Shown one piece after another: positions 1-9,987 of a DNA stretch of 64,000 nt (positions within the stretch are counted from its first letter, which is position 1; each line of letters begins with the position of its first letter). The translations under genes and the position numbers were made by a program. The notes beneath the pieces were generated by a model. It was not told the origin of the DNA. It made no database searches and saw only the letters and a program-made list of their open reading frames with translations. The stretch comes from Diplonema japonicum. Taxonomy: Eukaryota > Protista > Euglenozoa: Diplonemea. Where the stretch lies: positions 186,001 through 250,000 of the forward strand of contig OZ025664.1 of NCBI GenBank assembly GCA_964019335.1, read 5' to 3'.

Positions 1-580
1 GGCTCATGTTCAGAGAGCGGTTCAGAGAAGTGAGTTGCTGTGCCAAGAAGACAGCGGTGATGAGTGTAGCGAAGAAGAGCTCATTGCAGGCGGGCGGCCC
101 TGTAGAATGTTTAAAAGAGGACATAAAAGTCTTGTACAGGACACAGTCGAGGCAGCTTGGCTGTTTGAAGAACGACCCACGCCCCCACAAGGCAGCCAGG
201 TGATGTCGATGTTGCCTGCATCTGCATCAACACATCTCTTCATTGTGACAGAGAGCAAGCTTGGGTGGTTATATGTGTTTGAGAAGTGGAAAGATGGTGT
301 TTCTGTTGCGAGGTTCAAGAGCCCTGATCGTGCACGGAAATCGCGTGCTGGGTTCGCCTCTCACTACCGACGGAGAAAGCACATTAAACAACTCTCCTCC
401 ATCTCGCCTCCCAAAAATTCCCCCCTTCGTGTTTCTGACCTCCTCCTCTGGTCTGCAGAACACTCTGAGTTCCGCCAGTACACTGACAACTGTCACACTT
501 ATGCTGTCAACCTCTCCCTCCATCTTGGCATGGAACCCCCAAAAGCTGTTTGGGAACAACTCCTTTACGAAGCTTACTAA
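1..580 (+). CDS. Partial gene (5' end outside window); possible permuted papain-like (PPPDE/LRAT-like) protein
   Basis: Frame is open from position 2 to TAA at 578-580. HLFIV precedes YTDNCHTYA, the His-then-NC order of permuted papain folds. Confidence 0.45.
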   Translation, partial: AHVQRAVQRSELLCQEDSGDECSEEELIAGGRPCRMFKRGHKSLVQDTVEAAWLFEERPTPPQGSQVMSMLPASASTHLFIVTESKLGWLYVFEKWKDGVSVARFKSPDRARKSRAGFASHYRRRKHIKQLSSISPPKNSPLRVSDLLLWSAEHSEFRQYTDNCHTYAVNLSLHLGMEPPKAVWEQLLYEAY

Positions 581-734
581 AAAAAAAAGGAACAAAGAAA
601 AAGATGTGCCATATTAGAAAGCCTTTCCCCCCGGGCCTATCGGTCTGTTGCAAAAAAAAAAAAAAAAAAAAAAAGAAAAGAAAAGGAATTTCCTTGATTC
701 TTTAGTACACTCTCCTCTTTTTTATTTTGTTTTA

Positions 735-767
<33 letters not shown>

Positions 768-899
768 GTTTATTCAGTTCCCCTTCCTTACACTATTTTA
801 CTTTTTCTTCTTTCTCCTCTCCTCCTTTTCCTCTCTGTACATGAATTCGTGGTCTAGAACCTTGAAACGATCCACAGGGATTTTTACAAAGCAAGAAAG

Positions 900-2153
900 A
901 TGAGGACGACTAGCATGATGCTGGCAGTGCTGTGCGGCATGGTGGCCATGACAGCAGGTGTTGCCACCGTTTACACACCGAAGATTGACCCTAAGAAGAA
1001 GACTGCTGTCATCCTGGCGAACGGCAAGATGAAGGCGGAATACAAGCAGTACTTCAGCTTCCTTGAGAAGTCATTGGATGTTGAATACTTGAACGGTGAC
1101 AAGAAGCTTGTGCTGAAGGCCTATGAGGAGTACCACTACGAGAACGTGATTGTGTTCGGGAACCCTTCTGGGAAGCTGGGGGCTGACTTCATCGACTTCG
1201 TGGACAGTGGAAGGAACGTGATGATCGTCGCTACTGACGAGGGCAGCAAGGCGACTGACTTCCTTACCGACGAGCTTAGGGTTGCGGCTGTGGACTGCGG
1301 CGTGGAGTTCACCACCAACATTGTGAAGGACAACTTCGCCGACTCACCGACCGTCTTGAAGGCCGACAACTTCGTGAAGTCCGCCCCCATTGTCGGTTCC
1401 AAGCCCCTCAGCGCCGTCACCTTCAAGGGTGTTGGTCTTAAGGTGGAGATCGACAACCCCCTCGTGACCCCTATCCTGAGCGCAGGTAAAACTGCCTACG
1501 TTCTTGAGGAGGAGACCTTCGGCACGGTGTACGGTGGAAACGTTGCGCTCGTTGCAGGTCTGCAGTCGAGGATCGGGTCGCGTGCTGTGTTCTCTGGTTC
1601 ATTGTCGATGTTCTCCGACAAGCTGTTCGCACAGAACGGTGAGTTTGTGAAGCGCATCACCCTGTGGGCCACGCAGCAGCACGGCATCCTCAGGTACAGT
1701 GACATCGAGGCTGTGAAGCTTGAGGACGGGCAGGAGGTCAGGGACGGCGAGATGTTCAGGATCAAGGCCCACATCAGGTTCTCGCTGACTATTGAGGAGT
1801 TCGACGGTGAGAAGGGCGAGTGGGTGCCCTTCGTGACCCCCAAGGACGACCCTGTGCAGCTTGAGTACACCATGATTGACCCTTACGTCAGGGCCGACCT
1901 CACGCAGAAGGGCACGAAGCACACCACAGACCTCCAGGCACCTGATGTGTACGGTATTTTCAAGTTTGTGGTCGACTACCGCCGCACGGGGTACAACCCC
2001 CTTGTCATCCACCACCAGTCGCCCGTCCGCCCGCTCCGCCTCAACGAGTACGAGCGTTTCATTGTGGCGGCCTACCCCTACTACCTGGGCACCTTTTCCG
2101 CCATGGCCGGGTTCATCCTCATCACCTTCGTCTTCCTTGCACAGGGTAACTGA
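900..2153 (+). CDS. WBP1: Oligosaccharyltransferase 48 kDa subunit (OST48/WBP1/DDOST)
   Basis: Signal peptide; motifs MIDPYVR, PDVYGIFKFVVDYRRTGY, VRPLRLNEYERFIVAAYPYY; C-terminal TM helix. Confidence 0.95.
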   Translation: MRTTSMMLAVLCGMVAMTAGVATVYTPKIDPKKKTAVILANGKMKAEYKQYFSFLEKSLDVEYLNGDKKLVLKAYEEYHYENVIVFGNPSGKLGADFIDFVDSGRNVMIVATDEGSKATDFLTDELRVAAVDCGVEFTTNIVKDNFADSPTVLKADNFVKSAPIVGSKPLSAVTFKGVGLKVEIDNPLVTPILSAGKTAYVLEEETFGTVYGGNVALVAGLQSRIGSRAVFSGSLSMFSDKLFAQNGEFVKRITLWATQQHGILRYSDIEAVKLEDGQEVRDGEMFRIKAHIRFSLTIEEFDGEKGEWVPFVTPKDDPVQLEYTMIDPYVRADLTQKGTKHTTDLQAPDVYGIFKFVVDYRRTGYNPLVIHHQSPVRPLRLNEYERFIVAAYPYYLGTFSAMAGFILITFVFLAQGN

Positions 2154-2392
2154 GACCTTCGCCATTTTTTTTTTGTTCCCCCTTCCCCTTGTTTTTTTCT
2201 AGTGTCCTATTCTTCTCACTGTCCCCGTTTTGCATATTTTTTAACTGGCCATGAGGCTCCCCCCCTTAGTGTGTTTTTTACCCCACCCACCTCGGTACGC
2301 TCGTTTTTATTCCCCTTTTTTTTTATCTTTCCACACGCCCTGTTTTTTATTTTTTTTTTTTTTTATTTGTTTATTTATTTTTTTCTTTTTGC

Positions 2393-4003
2393 ATGTTCAG
2401 TCGGAATGGATTTAACGCTTTCAACAGAATGTACACCATGTTTCAGCTACTTGATGATACAGTGCAGCTGGGATATGTCCTGACTCTGTTGTTGGGAGCT
2501 GTTGTGTACTTGATGGTGGAGAGGAGGCGAATTCTAGCCACCCCGTCAGCGCGGAAACTAGACGGCGAGCGTCCCCGGATCTTGCGTGTGTCTGAGGCAG
2601 TGCCCGCGAGTGAGGACTCTGCAGCGACATCAGAACAAAGCAAGGAGGCAGTCATGATTCCGAAAAAAAAGATGATCTATAAAGTTGTTCTGACAGGAGG
2701 GCCTTGTGCTGGGAAATCCACAGGCCTAGCTCACATCCGTGCCACTTTGGAAAAAGAAGGCTTTCAAATCTACGTTGTGCCCGAGGCAGCAACACTGCTC
2801 ATCGACGGTGGTGCTGGCATCGCACTTCGCGACGGTCAAGAGAACCAGGTTTTCAACTTCCAGCTTGCGTTGTTGAAAATGCAGCTGTTGTTGGAGGACT
2901 CGATGTGCAACATTGCGGAGGCCATGGGGAAGCCCGCAGTGATCCTGTGCGATCGCGGGGCCTTGGACGGTCGTGCCTTTTGCACCCCTGAGCTGTGGGA
3001 GAACATATTGCGGGAAGGAAATTGGAGCACACCGCAACTGCGTGACTCGCGATACGACTTGGTGATCCATCTTGTAACGGCTGCAGCTGGGGCCAGGGAG
3101 TACTACACCACAGCGAACAACACAGCGCGTAGTGAGACACCTGACGAGGCAGTCCAACAGGATCAGCAACTGAGAGAAGCATGGCTGGGACACCCCAAGC
3201 ACCGCATCATTACGAATGAACCGGATCAGCCCTTCCAGGAGAAGCTGGACCGTGCGACGCTCCCCATCTGCCAGCTTATTAACATACGCAGCCCGTCTGC
3301 TTTGGCAGTGTACCAGCTAAACTACACACCACCGACAATCACACTGCCCAAGTCGGTGTCACTGGTGACAGTAACGATCTTAAGGGGGAGCAACAAGGAG
3401 TGTGTGTACACATTGTATCACAAACAGGAGCCCGATGGGCACGGCGCCACGTGCAGCTACCAGATTCTGAAGAGAAACAAGAGGAAGTTGTCGAGCCAAA
3501 CCACTGAAAAGGTAACCATTCACAGGACGGAAGAGTTCCTATCCACCAATGTGTATAACTCGATGCTGTCGCAACGTGACCCGTGCTACGAGGTGATCAA
3601 GAAGACCATCACAACGTTCGTGGAGAATGACATCAAGTACGAATTGGAACAGGTGGCGTACCCGCCAATGGTGAATCAATGCTTGCTGCTTGTCGAAGAA
3701 GAAAGAGCACCTGTTCCGTCATGCTTGAGTGCCACAGACTTGGGATCGATCCAACGCCTTACGAACCTTGATTCATGTGTGGCGGCAACGTCTCTTCCAA
3801 ACCCAATTGAACTAGAGTCCTGTCTCATCCCCGCATCTCCAGAGCTGTCTATTTCTTCTCCTGCTCTTTCGCAGTGGCACCTCACCAGAGGTGACTCCTT
3901 TGCACTTGGTTCAACCTTCACTCGCAACCACACAGACGGGACCGATCTCTTGAATGTGACAAGAAAGTACTCCGTTGCCTCTGTTGACTCGGTAGTCTCG
4001 TAG
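2393..4003 (+). CDS. TTD14-like protein (AAA_28/NadR-type P-loop domain followed by a degenerate CYTH-like region), with an N-terminal TM helix
   Basis: KVVLTGGPCAGKS, VPEAAT, ILCDRGALDG, RYDLVIHLVTAA, NNTARSE, WLGHP motifs. Confidence 0.85.
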   Translation: MFSRNGFNAFNRMYTMFQLLDDTVQLGYVLTLLLGAVVYLMVERRRILATPSARKLDGERPRILRVSEAVPASEDSAATSEQSKEAVMIPKKKMIYKVVLTGGPCAGKSTGLAHIRATLEKEGFQIYVVPEAATLLIDGGAGIALRDGQENQVFNFQLALLKMQLLLEDSMCNIAEAMGKPAVILCDRGALDGRAFCTPELWENILREGNWSTPQLRDSRYDLVIHLVTAAAGAREYYTTANNTARSETPDEAVQQDQQLREAWLGHPKHRIITNEPDQPFQEKLDRATLPICQLINIRSPSALAVYQLNYTPPTITLPKSVSLVTVTILRGSNKECVYTLYHKQEPDGHGATCSYQILKRNKRKLSSQTTEKVTIHRTEEFLSTNVYNSMLSQRDPCYEVIKKTITTFVENDIKYELEQVAYPPMVNQCLLLVEEERAPVPSCLSATDLGSIQRLTNLDSCVAATSLPNPIELESCLIPASPELSISSPALSQWHLTRGDSFALGSTFTRNHTDGTDLLNVTRKYSVASVDSVVS

Positions 4004-4440
4004 ATTAGCTTGTGCAGAAAGGGAATGGAGGAAAAAAAGGAAAAGAAAAAGGAAAAGGAAAAGAAGAAAACAAACGAAGCTTTCTCTGTATATTATTCCT
4101 TATAGGAAACCATAAAACCGTTCACTCTTCATATCCCTAAACTCAAAAGTTGCACTGGGTGCTTCGGATTCCCTTGTTTTCCTTTCAGATCTCTTGCACC
4201 TCATATCTCAGAAGGTCATTGAAGGGAATGGGAAGAAACAAGTGGCTTTAAGAAAACCCTTGGTAGACGGGAACGACTCAAAAAAAAGCGATTTTTGTGT
4301 TTTTGATAGTTCCAGTTTCTGCTTCCCCCTATTCTATTTACATTATTTTCCCCCTGCCATGTCCACTTCAACTTGTGCATTCGGTGTTGTGTGTGGAGTT
4401 GGGTTTTTCGCTTTCAGTGGTGTTAGGTCAACGACCAACT

Positions 4441-7400
4441 ATGCATTCGTCTATAAGAATATCGCCCCAAAATCTTCAGGTCCGCGACCTCCAGGAGAGG
4501 ATGGCAGCGTCACTTGGCGCGCCGGCGTCATCTGCAGACGGAGCTGGGCGGACGGCAGTGGCTGGGAAGGGCAAGGGCGGCAAGGCTGGGTCCAAGGCAG
4601 GGACGAAGGGGCACCAGGCGCAGGGCGTAAGCACGCCAGGCCCCTACCCGACATCGACGGAGCAAGGGGGCGGAAGGGGACGCGCCCAGTCGCTGGCTGG
4701 CGACTCTGCTTCCCCCAACGGGGCCGGCCGTGGACGGGCAGCCTCTGTGGGCCCGGCCCCCGCCCCTGCCAATTGAAGGGGTCCCGCTGAGCAGGGGGGG
4801 CGTCAGATCGACGACCACGCCCCCTCTCCTGGTCTCCCGCGCATACAGCCGAGGAGACACCTTCCACATCACTTGTACGACGTCCTCCCTTCCTTGATCC
4901 CTTCCTTACTTGAACGGATGTCGGCCAGGGACCTGCTGGGGCTGCTTGGGCTGGTTGAGACGAACCCCGGTCCACCTAAGAAGCTCCCACCCCCGAAGCC
5001 GAAGGGACTCAGGGTCCTGTCCTGGAACTGCAACGGTCTTGCCGCCAAGTGGTCAACCGTGTCCTACCACGCTGTCCTACTGACGCTGGATATCATTATG
5101 ATCCAGGAGACACACCTTAGGGAGGGGCATGAGACACCATACCTGCCTGGATACACGTCCTACAGGAGGGACCGCACAACACCGGTGACGGACGGCTCTG
5201 CGACGAGAGGCGGTGGTGTCATCACGTATGTCCGTGACTGCCTTGCCTCGGAGGAAGCTCCTTTCGTACTCCCTGAAGGTGACAGTGTCACTGAGCGATT
5301 AGACGTGAGGATCTCCTGTGTGAAGCGCGTCCCGGTCACCCTCTCCAACGTGTACCTCACGCCTGTGAGTATAAGCAGAGGAACAAGGGACCCCGAGTAC
5401 CTACGGCCGGGCAGCCTACCTGTGGGGAAGAACACGATCGTTGCTGGCGACTTCAACGCACACCACAGCTCTTGGGATGCCAAGGTGACAACGCCCAACG
5501 AAAGGGGGAACGTGGTCAGGGACTGGCTTGACACCCACGGCTACACCGTCTACAACAACCGAGACGAGCCGACGCGGGACTCACCGCCACGCGTTCTGGA
5601 CCTGGTGGTGGGACGTTGTGCGGAACTGGAGCCGAGGACGTTGGGGACGTGGGGCTCTGATCACAGCCCGGTTTCCTTCCGCCTGCCGCTTGAGGACGCC
5701 TACTGCTCGGAGCGACCCTGCCCTACCTGGAACTTCAAAAAGGCCAGGTGGGACGACTTCACCGCGGCCGCCGCTGCCCTTCTGACCAAGATCGACACGA
5801 AGGCCCACATTGACTCCTTCACGAAGGAGGTTACAGAGGCTCTTCTGCATGCAGCTGACGACCACATTCCGCTTTGCGGAGTGCGACGAGGCCCGACCCC
5901 CTGGTGGACGGCCGAACTCGAAGACGCCTTCGAAGAACGGAACGCCCTGCGGGATCGCTTCCTCAAGTCGGCTGAGACTGAGGACGACAGCGTGGCGGCG
6001 GTCTACAAGGCGAAGGTCAAGGAGGTAAACCAACTCATGACCGAGTCGAAGCGCGCGGCCTGGGGTGAGATGGCGGCTGACCTCAGTCGGAGCAAGGACC
6101 TCGGGTCTGCGTTTAGGGCGGTGAAGAAGCTGGACGGCAGACACCGCAGACCGCACCTTCCCATTCTCGAGGGGAGGTTCGTGACGGACAAGGCGAAAGC
6201 CGACCGCCTGGGGGCTCACTTCGGCAAGCTCTACGGCCAGGGTGGTGATGGGGACGCGGTGGACGTAGCTCCTTCGACGAACGTGCTTGGGTGCCACGCC
6301 TTTACGGTGTATGATCTCACCCGCGGTCTGGGAAGGATGAAGACACGCAGTGCAGCGGGTGATGATGGCATCTTCGCGGAGATGCTTCTCCACCTCGACC
6401 AACCCTCGCTCGGGGTTCTACTTCTGCTCCTCAATCGCTCATGGCAGGCGGGGATCGTGCCGGGTGCCTGGAAGAAGGGGGTGATTGTTCCAGTGGCGAA
6501 GGCAGGGAAGGACGCCACGTTGCTTGCATCGTACCGTCCCATATGTCTCACTAGCTGTCTTTGTAAGCTGCTTGAGAGGATGATAGAGGAGAGGCTTACC
6601 TTTCTCCTAGACTCTAGCGCGTCGGGCGTTGAGGGTCTCCACGATAGCCAGGCTGGCTTCAGGAGGGGCCGCTCCACGGAGGAGCAGGTGGCGTCCCTGA
6701 CCGGGTGTCTGTCGAGGAACAAAGACAGTCGTCGTCTGTCGGCTGCCCTGCTGTTTGACTTCTCATCTGCGTTTGACCTGGTTCAGCACGAAGCTCTCCT
6801 GGGCATGATGCGGAGGAAGGGGATCCCTGAGCCCTTCGTCGAATGGACGCGCTCCTTCCTCTGCGGTCGTACGGCGGCGGTCACGGTGGGTCGTTCGCGA
6901 GGGTCGACGACGAAGGTGAGGAGAGGGGTGCCCCAAGGGTCTGTGCTGGGACCCGTCCTTTACACCATCTACGTCGACGAGCTAGCCAGGTTGCTGGTTG
7001 GGATGGCGGACCTGTCGGTTCTTTATGCCGACGATGTTGCGGTGGTGGTCTCAGCCGGGCAGGGCGACCTGGCTGGTCTTGAGCGAGGGGCCCAGGCTGT
7101 GATGGACGCGGTTGAGGGCTGGTGTGGGAGACGGGGCATGCTGCTGAGCTCCAGCAAGTCGCAGGCAGTGTGCGTTCCCTATCAGAAGCGGCTTAATGTC
7201 TACTTCTCTTCGTCGCGTGTCCCGCTTTGCCCGGGGGCCTTCCAGGACCCTGTCCTTAATCTTGGGGTTGGGGTCTGTGGGACCTTGTCTGGCGTCCGTG
7301 AGCTGTCTGGCTTTCGGGTCGTGGAGGCGGGTGGCAAACGGTCCTTCGACATTCCCGCCGCCATCCGGAGGTCCGACATTGGTTACATGGCGGCTCGCCC

Positions 7401-9235
7401 CTTGCCTCTGTGTGGGTCGGCGAAGTATCTTGGGGTCACTGTAGACTCTGGGCTCACGTTTGACGAGCATGCGGGGGATGTCCTGAGGCGCGCTGACAAG
7501 AGGCTGAGGGTACTAAGGCTCCTGTCGGGCACGACCTGGGGGTGCAAGAAGGCCACGCTCCGTTCACTGTACCTCACGTACGTTCTCCCGCTACTCCGGT
7601 ACTGCATGGGTGTTTACTTTGCCAGGCTCAGGGACAGCAGGGTGGAGGAGCTTGTTGGGCTCCACCAGAGAGCGGCGGTGCTGATCTCGGGTTGTTGGCA
7701 CGGCTCGGGCACGGCGAAGGTTGTTGCTGAGGCAGGTCTGCTACCCCTCCGACAGATGGCTGAGGGAGCTGCGGCGGTGTTGACGGCGAAGTCGTTCTGC
7801 TGGAGGACCTCCCCGGTTCACCGCGAGGTCCTTGAGCAGAAGCGGATGACCGGTATGGGCAATGGGTGGCTGCGTGCGGGTATCCTTGCGCTACGACGCT
7901 GCGGACTGCAGGGGTGGACGACGCAGGAAGGCTTCAGGAAGTACGACACCTTCGAGCTACTGACTGCCTCGCCCAAAGTAGCACCGTGGCACGCGTTCCT
8001 GGTGGAGTTCAGAACTGCCCTTCCCGGCAGGGTCACGCGTTCGTCGCCGGACGTGGATAAGCGGAAGGCGGCCGTGGAGGCTCTGGCTGCCCTTCCACCG
8101 GGTATCCATGCCTATACGGATGGTTCTGTCGTACGGGACCGCCAGAAGTGGAGGGGCGGTGCCGGGGTCTTCTTGCAGCTCCCCCGCCCCCACGAACCCG
8201 TGTCCGAGAGCTTCGGCGTCAGCAATTTCTGCTCTTCCTTTCGGGCGGAGGGTCTGGCTGTCAAGGTGGCTCTGGACATGGTGGCCGCGCTCCGGAGCGA
8301 GCACCCCACGTTGGCAGACAGCCGGCTGTCGATCTGTACCGACTCGCTCTCTCTCCTTGATCAGCTGAGGGCAGGTCCTTCGCGGCAGAGGGAGAGGCTC
8401 GACCACGAGACCTGGGAACTGCTGGTGGCCGCGGCACGTGCACAAGGTGCACCAGTCATTCTCCAGTTTGTGCCGTCCCACTGCGGGGTTCCTGGCAACG
8501 AGGCGGCAGACAGGCTGGCCGGGGAGGGCACGAAGCGCGAGCTGACTCGCCCCTCTCTCGACTACAGGTCGGTCAGGGCCCTGGTCCGTCGCCAGATTCA
8601 GCAGAGGTCTGCGGTCATTGTCGGGGAGGTGGCCCCGAGATACGCGAGGGCCACGGGGCTCCGAGCGGCGTGCTTCCCCCAGTCCCTCCCCAGGCTAGCG
8701 GAGACGGTCATCTCGCGGCTGAGGGTAGGGCACTCCGCTCTCTTCTTCGGCTTCCTGCAGGCGGCTGGACCGAACAGGAAGAAGGCTGAGCTCAGCTGCC
8801 CAGCGTGTGGAGCAAAGATGTCCAGGGAGCACGTTGTTGGGGGGTGCGCTGTGGTTGGACGGGGTTCGCTCGACGCTCCCAATGGACGCCCCTCGCTGGT
8901 GGAGTGCCTGTCAAAACGCGTGACGCAGGTATTCACCCTCATCGCCGACTCTGGCTTGCTTGACTGGGCCAGATCCGGGGTCTTCACGTCGCCGTCTGCG
9001 GCAACGGCAGGTACCGCTGCCCCTTCGTTCATCCCGCCCCCGCCGGCTGTCTCCCTTGACGCCGGCCCTGCGGCCCCCGTGTTGCGCTGAAGTGAGTAGG
9101 GTGAGATCAACATTTCATTTCTTTTAGTGCTTACGTTCCCTTCCCCTCTCTTCCACTCCCTCTCATCCTTTTCTTTATCATCATCCGGCGTCTGGCCTTT
9201 CTCTTACCAGTATGCCCGTCCCCCTTTAAACTTTT

Positions 9236-9238
<3 letters not shown>
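4441..9238 (+). mobile_element. Non-LTR retrotransposon of Ingi/I type, apparently intact; ends not defined
   Basis: GC-rich block with a short upstream ORF (4441-4776) and a long APE-RT-RNaseH ORF. I found no poly(A) tail or TSD, so boundaries are approximate. Confidence 0.9.
4873..9090 (+). CDS. LINE polyprotein: 2A-like motif, apurinic endonuclease, reverse transcriptase, RNase H, CCHC finger (first ATG at 4918)
   Basis: SWNCNGL, IQETHL, AGDFNAHH, GSDH (APE); YRPICLTS, QAGFR, GVPQGSVLGP, YADD, YLGV (RT); YTDGS, FRAE, TDS, VPSHCGVPGNEAADRLA (RNase H); CPAC..H....C. Confidence 0.97.
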   Translation: MYDVLPSLIPSLLERMSARDLLGLLGLVETNPGPPKKLPPPKPKGLRVLSWNCNGLAAKWSTVSYHAVLLTLDIIMIQETHLREGHETPYLPGYTSYRRDRTTPVTDGSATRGGGVITYVRDCLASEEAPFVLPEGDSVTERLDVRISCVKRVPVTLSNVYLTPVSISRGTRDPEYLRPGSLPVGKNTIVAGDFNAHHSSWDAKVTTPNERGNVVRDWLDTHGYTVYNNRDEPTRDSPPRVLDLVVGRCAELEPRTLGTWGSDHSPVSFRLPLEDAYCSERPCPTWNFKKARWDDFTAAAAALLTKIDTKAHIDSFTKEVTEALLHAADDHIPLCGVRRGPTPWWTAELEDAFEERNALRDRFLKSAETEDDSVAAVYKAKVKEVNQLMTESKRAAWGEMAADLSRSKDLGSAFRAVKKLDGRHRRPHLPILEGRFVTDKAKADRLGAHFGKLYGQGGDGDAVDVAPSTNVLGCHAFTVYDLTRGLGRMKTRSAAGDDGIFAEMLLHLDQPSLGVLLLLLNRSWQAGIVPGAWKKGVIVPVAKAGKDATLLASYRPICLTSCLCKLLERMIEERLTFLLDSSASGVEGLHDSQAGFRRGRSTEEQVASLTGCLSRNKDSRRLSAALLFDFSSAFDLVQHEALLGMMRRKGIPEPFVEWTRSFLCGRTAAVTVGRSRGSTTKVRRGVPQGSVLGPVLYTIYVDELARLLVGMADLSVLYADDVAVVVSAGQGDLAGLERGAQAVMDAVEGWCGRRGMLLSSSKSQAVCVPYQKRLNVYFSSSRVPLCPGAFQDPVLNLGVGVCGTLSGVRELSGFRVVEAGGKRSFDIPAAIRRSDIGYMAARPLPLCGSAKYLGVTVDSGLTFDEHAGDVLRRADKRLRVLRLLSGTTWGCKKATLRSLYLTYVLPLLRYCMGVYFARLRDSRVEELVGLHQRAAVLISGCWHGSGTAKVVAEAGLLPLRQMAEGAAAVLTAKSFCWRTSPVHREVLEQKRMTGMGNGWLRAGILALRRCGLQGWTTQEGFRKYDTFELLTASPKVAPWHAFLVEFRTALPGRVTRSSPDVDKRKAAVEALAALPPGIHAYTDGSVVRDRQKWRGGAGVFLQLPRPHEPVSESFGVSNFCSSFRAEGLAVKVALDMVAALRSEHPTLADSRLSICTDSLSLLDQLRAGPSRQRERLDHETWELLVAAARAQGAPVILQFVPSHCGVPGNEAADRLAGEGTKRELTRPSLDYRSVRALVRRQIQQRSAVIVGEVAPRYARATGLRAACFPQSLPRLAETVISRLRVGHSALFFGFLQAAGPNRKKAELSCPACGAKMSREHVVGGCAVVGRGSLDAPNGRPSLVECLSKRVTQVFTLIADSGLLDWARSGVFTSPSAATAGTAAPSFIPPPPAVSLDAGPAAPVLR

Positions 9239-9282
<44 letters not shown>

Positions 9283-9324
9283 CATCCTCTTGTTATCGTG
9301 TGCCCTGACATTGTAGTCAAAAAC

Positions 9325-9400
9325 GGATGGCCCGGCCTACTCTGAAGTTGCCCAGATGAGTCCTCTCATCTTCGCACGAACGAGTGTGGTACGGCCATCC
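9325..9400. ncRNA. Candidate small four-way-junction RNA element
   Basis: GGATGGCC/GGCCATCC closing stem around three hairpins: GGC/GCC, AGATGAG/CTCATCT, CGCAC/GTGTG. Confidence 0.35.
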
Positions 9401-9547
9401 CCTCCCCCCGCCAGCCGGAGTGCAGCGGGGAGAGCAAATGCTTCCCCTATCATCCCCATGCGCACACGCACACTCGCTTCCCCTTTTGATTTTGAGAGAT
9501 TTTACTCTCACCCTTTCATGTTTCGCTCAATGGAGCAAATCCCTCTC

Positions 9548-9753
9548 GAGGGGGCGACCGGGGCCAGTTCCGGTCACCAGAGGTCCCAGTCGAGAAAAAC
9601 GACGAACTGGGGTCAAGGTCCCCGTCCGAGTCACGTAGGTCTACGCGGCTTGGAATTAAAGTAATTCAGCCCTCTTCGGCTGTTCCAAACAGGTGCACGG
9701 GTTGGCGGAGTCCACAGCTCCATCTGATTGCAGAAGAACTGGTCTTCGCCCTC
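9548..9753 (+). ncRNA. Candidate multibranch structured RNA (~205 nt), family unassigned
   Basis: Nested long-range stems GGGCGA/TCGCCC, GGCCAGTTC/GAACTGGTC, CGGTCA/TGATTG, plus internal CCCAGT/ACTGGG, CCCGT/ACGGG, CCGAGT/GCTTGG, CAGCC/GGCTG, GGAG/CTCC. G-U pairs favour the + strand. Confidence 0.45.
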
Positions 9754-9860
9754 CCTGTAATATTTCCATGCTTCCCTTCACCTTTCCCCTTCCCAGGTGT
9801 TGCTCCCCCATGGTGGCACCTATTGGTATTTTGAAAAAAAAAAAAAACAAAATCTTCAGA

Positions 9861-9932
9861 TCCGCTATAGTACAGTGGTTAGTATACCTGGCTTTCACCC
9901 AGGCGACCCGGGTTCGAACCCCGGTGGCGGAA
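9861..9932 (+). tRNA. tRNA-Glu(TTC)
   Basis: Acceptor TCCGCTA/TGGCGGA; anticodon arm CCTGG-CTTTCAC-CCAGG; T loop TTCGAAC; T-run downstream. Confidence 0.97.
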
Positions 9933-9987
9933 CTTTTTCTCGACTCAAATACAAATACAAATACAAACAAACAGAAAGGGTGAAAAA

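Noticed and set aside
4100-4440. HDV-like ribozyme (Pr77-type signature) at the LINE 5' end
   Set aside because: I could not find the nested pseudoknot or CCTC..CGTGG core by eye; a descriptor-based search would be needed.
9400-9435. Minus-strand TGCACTCCGG resembling U1 snRNA loop II
   Set aside because: No ACTTACC 5' end, U1-70K loop or Sm site at suitable spacing.
9600-9700. RNase P/MRP assignment from AAGGTCCCC and AATTCAG
   Set aside because: No complementary P4 strand near the 3' end; conserved regions are not in the right order.
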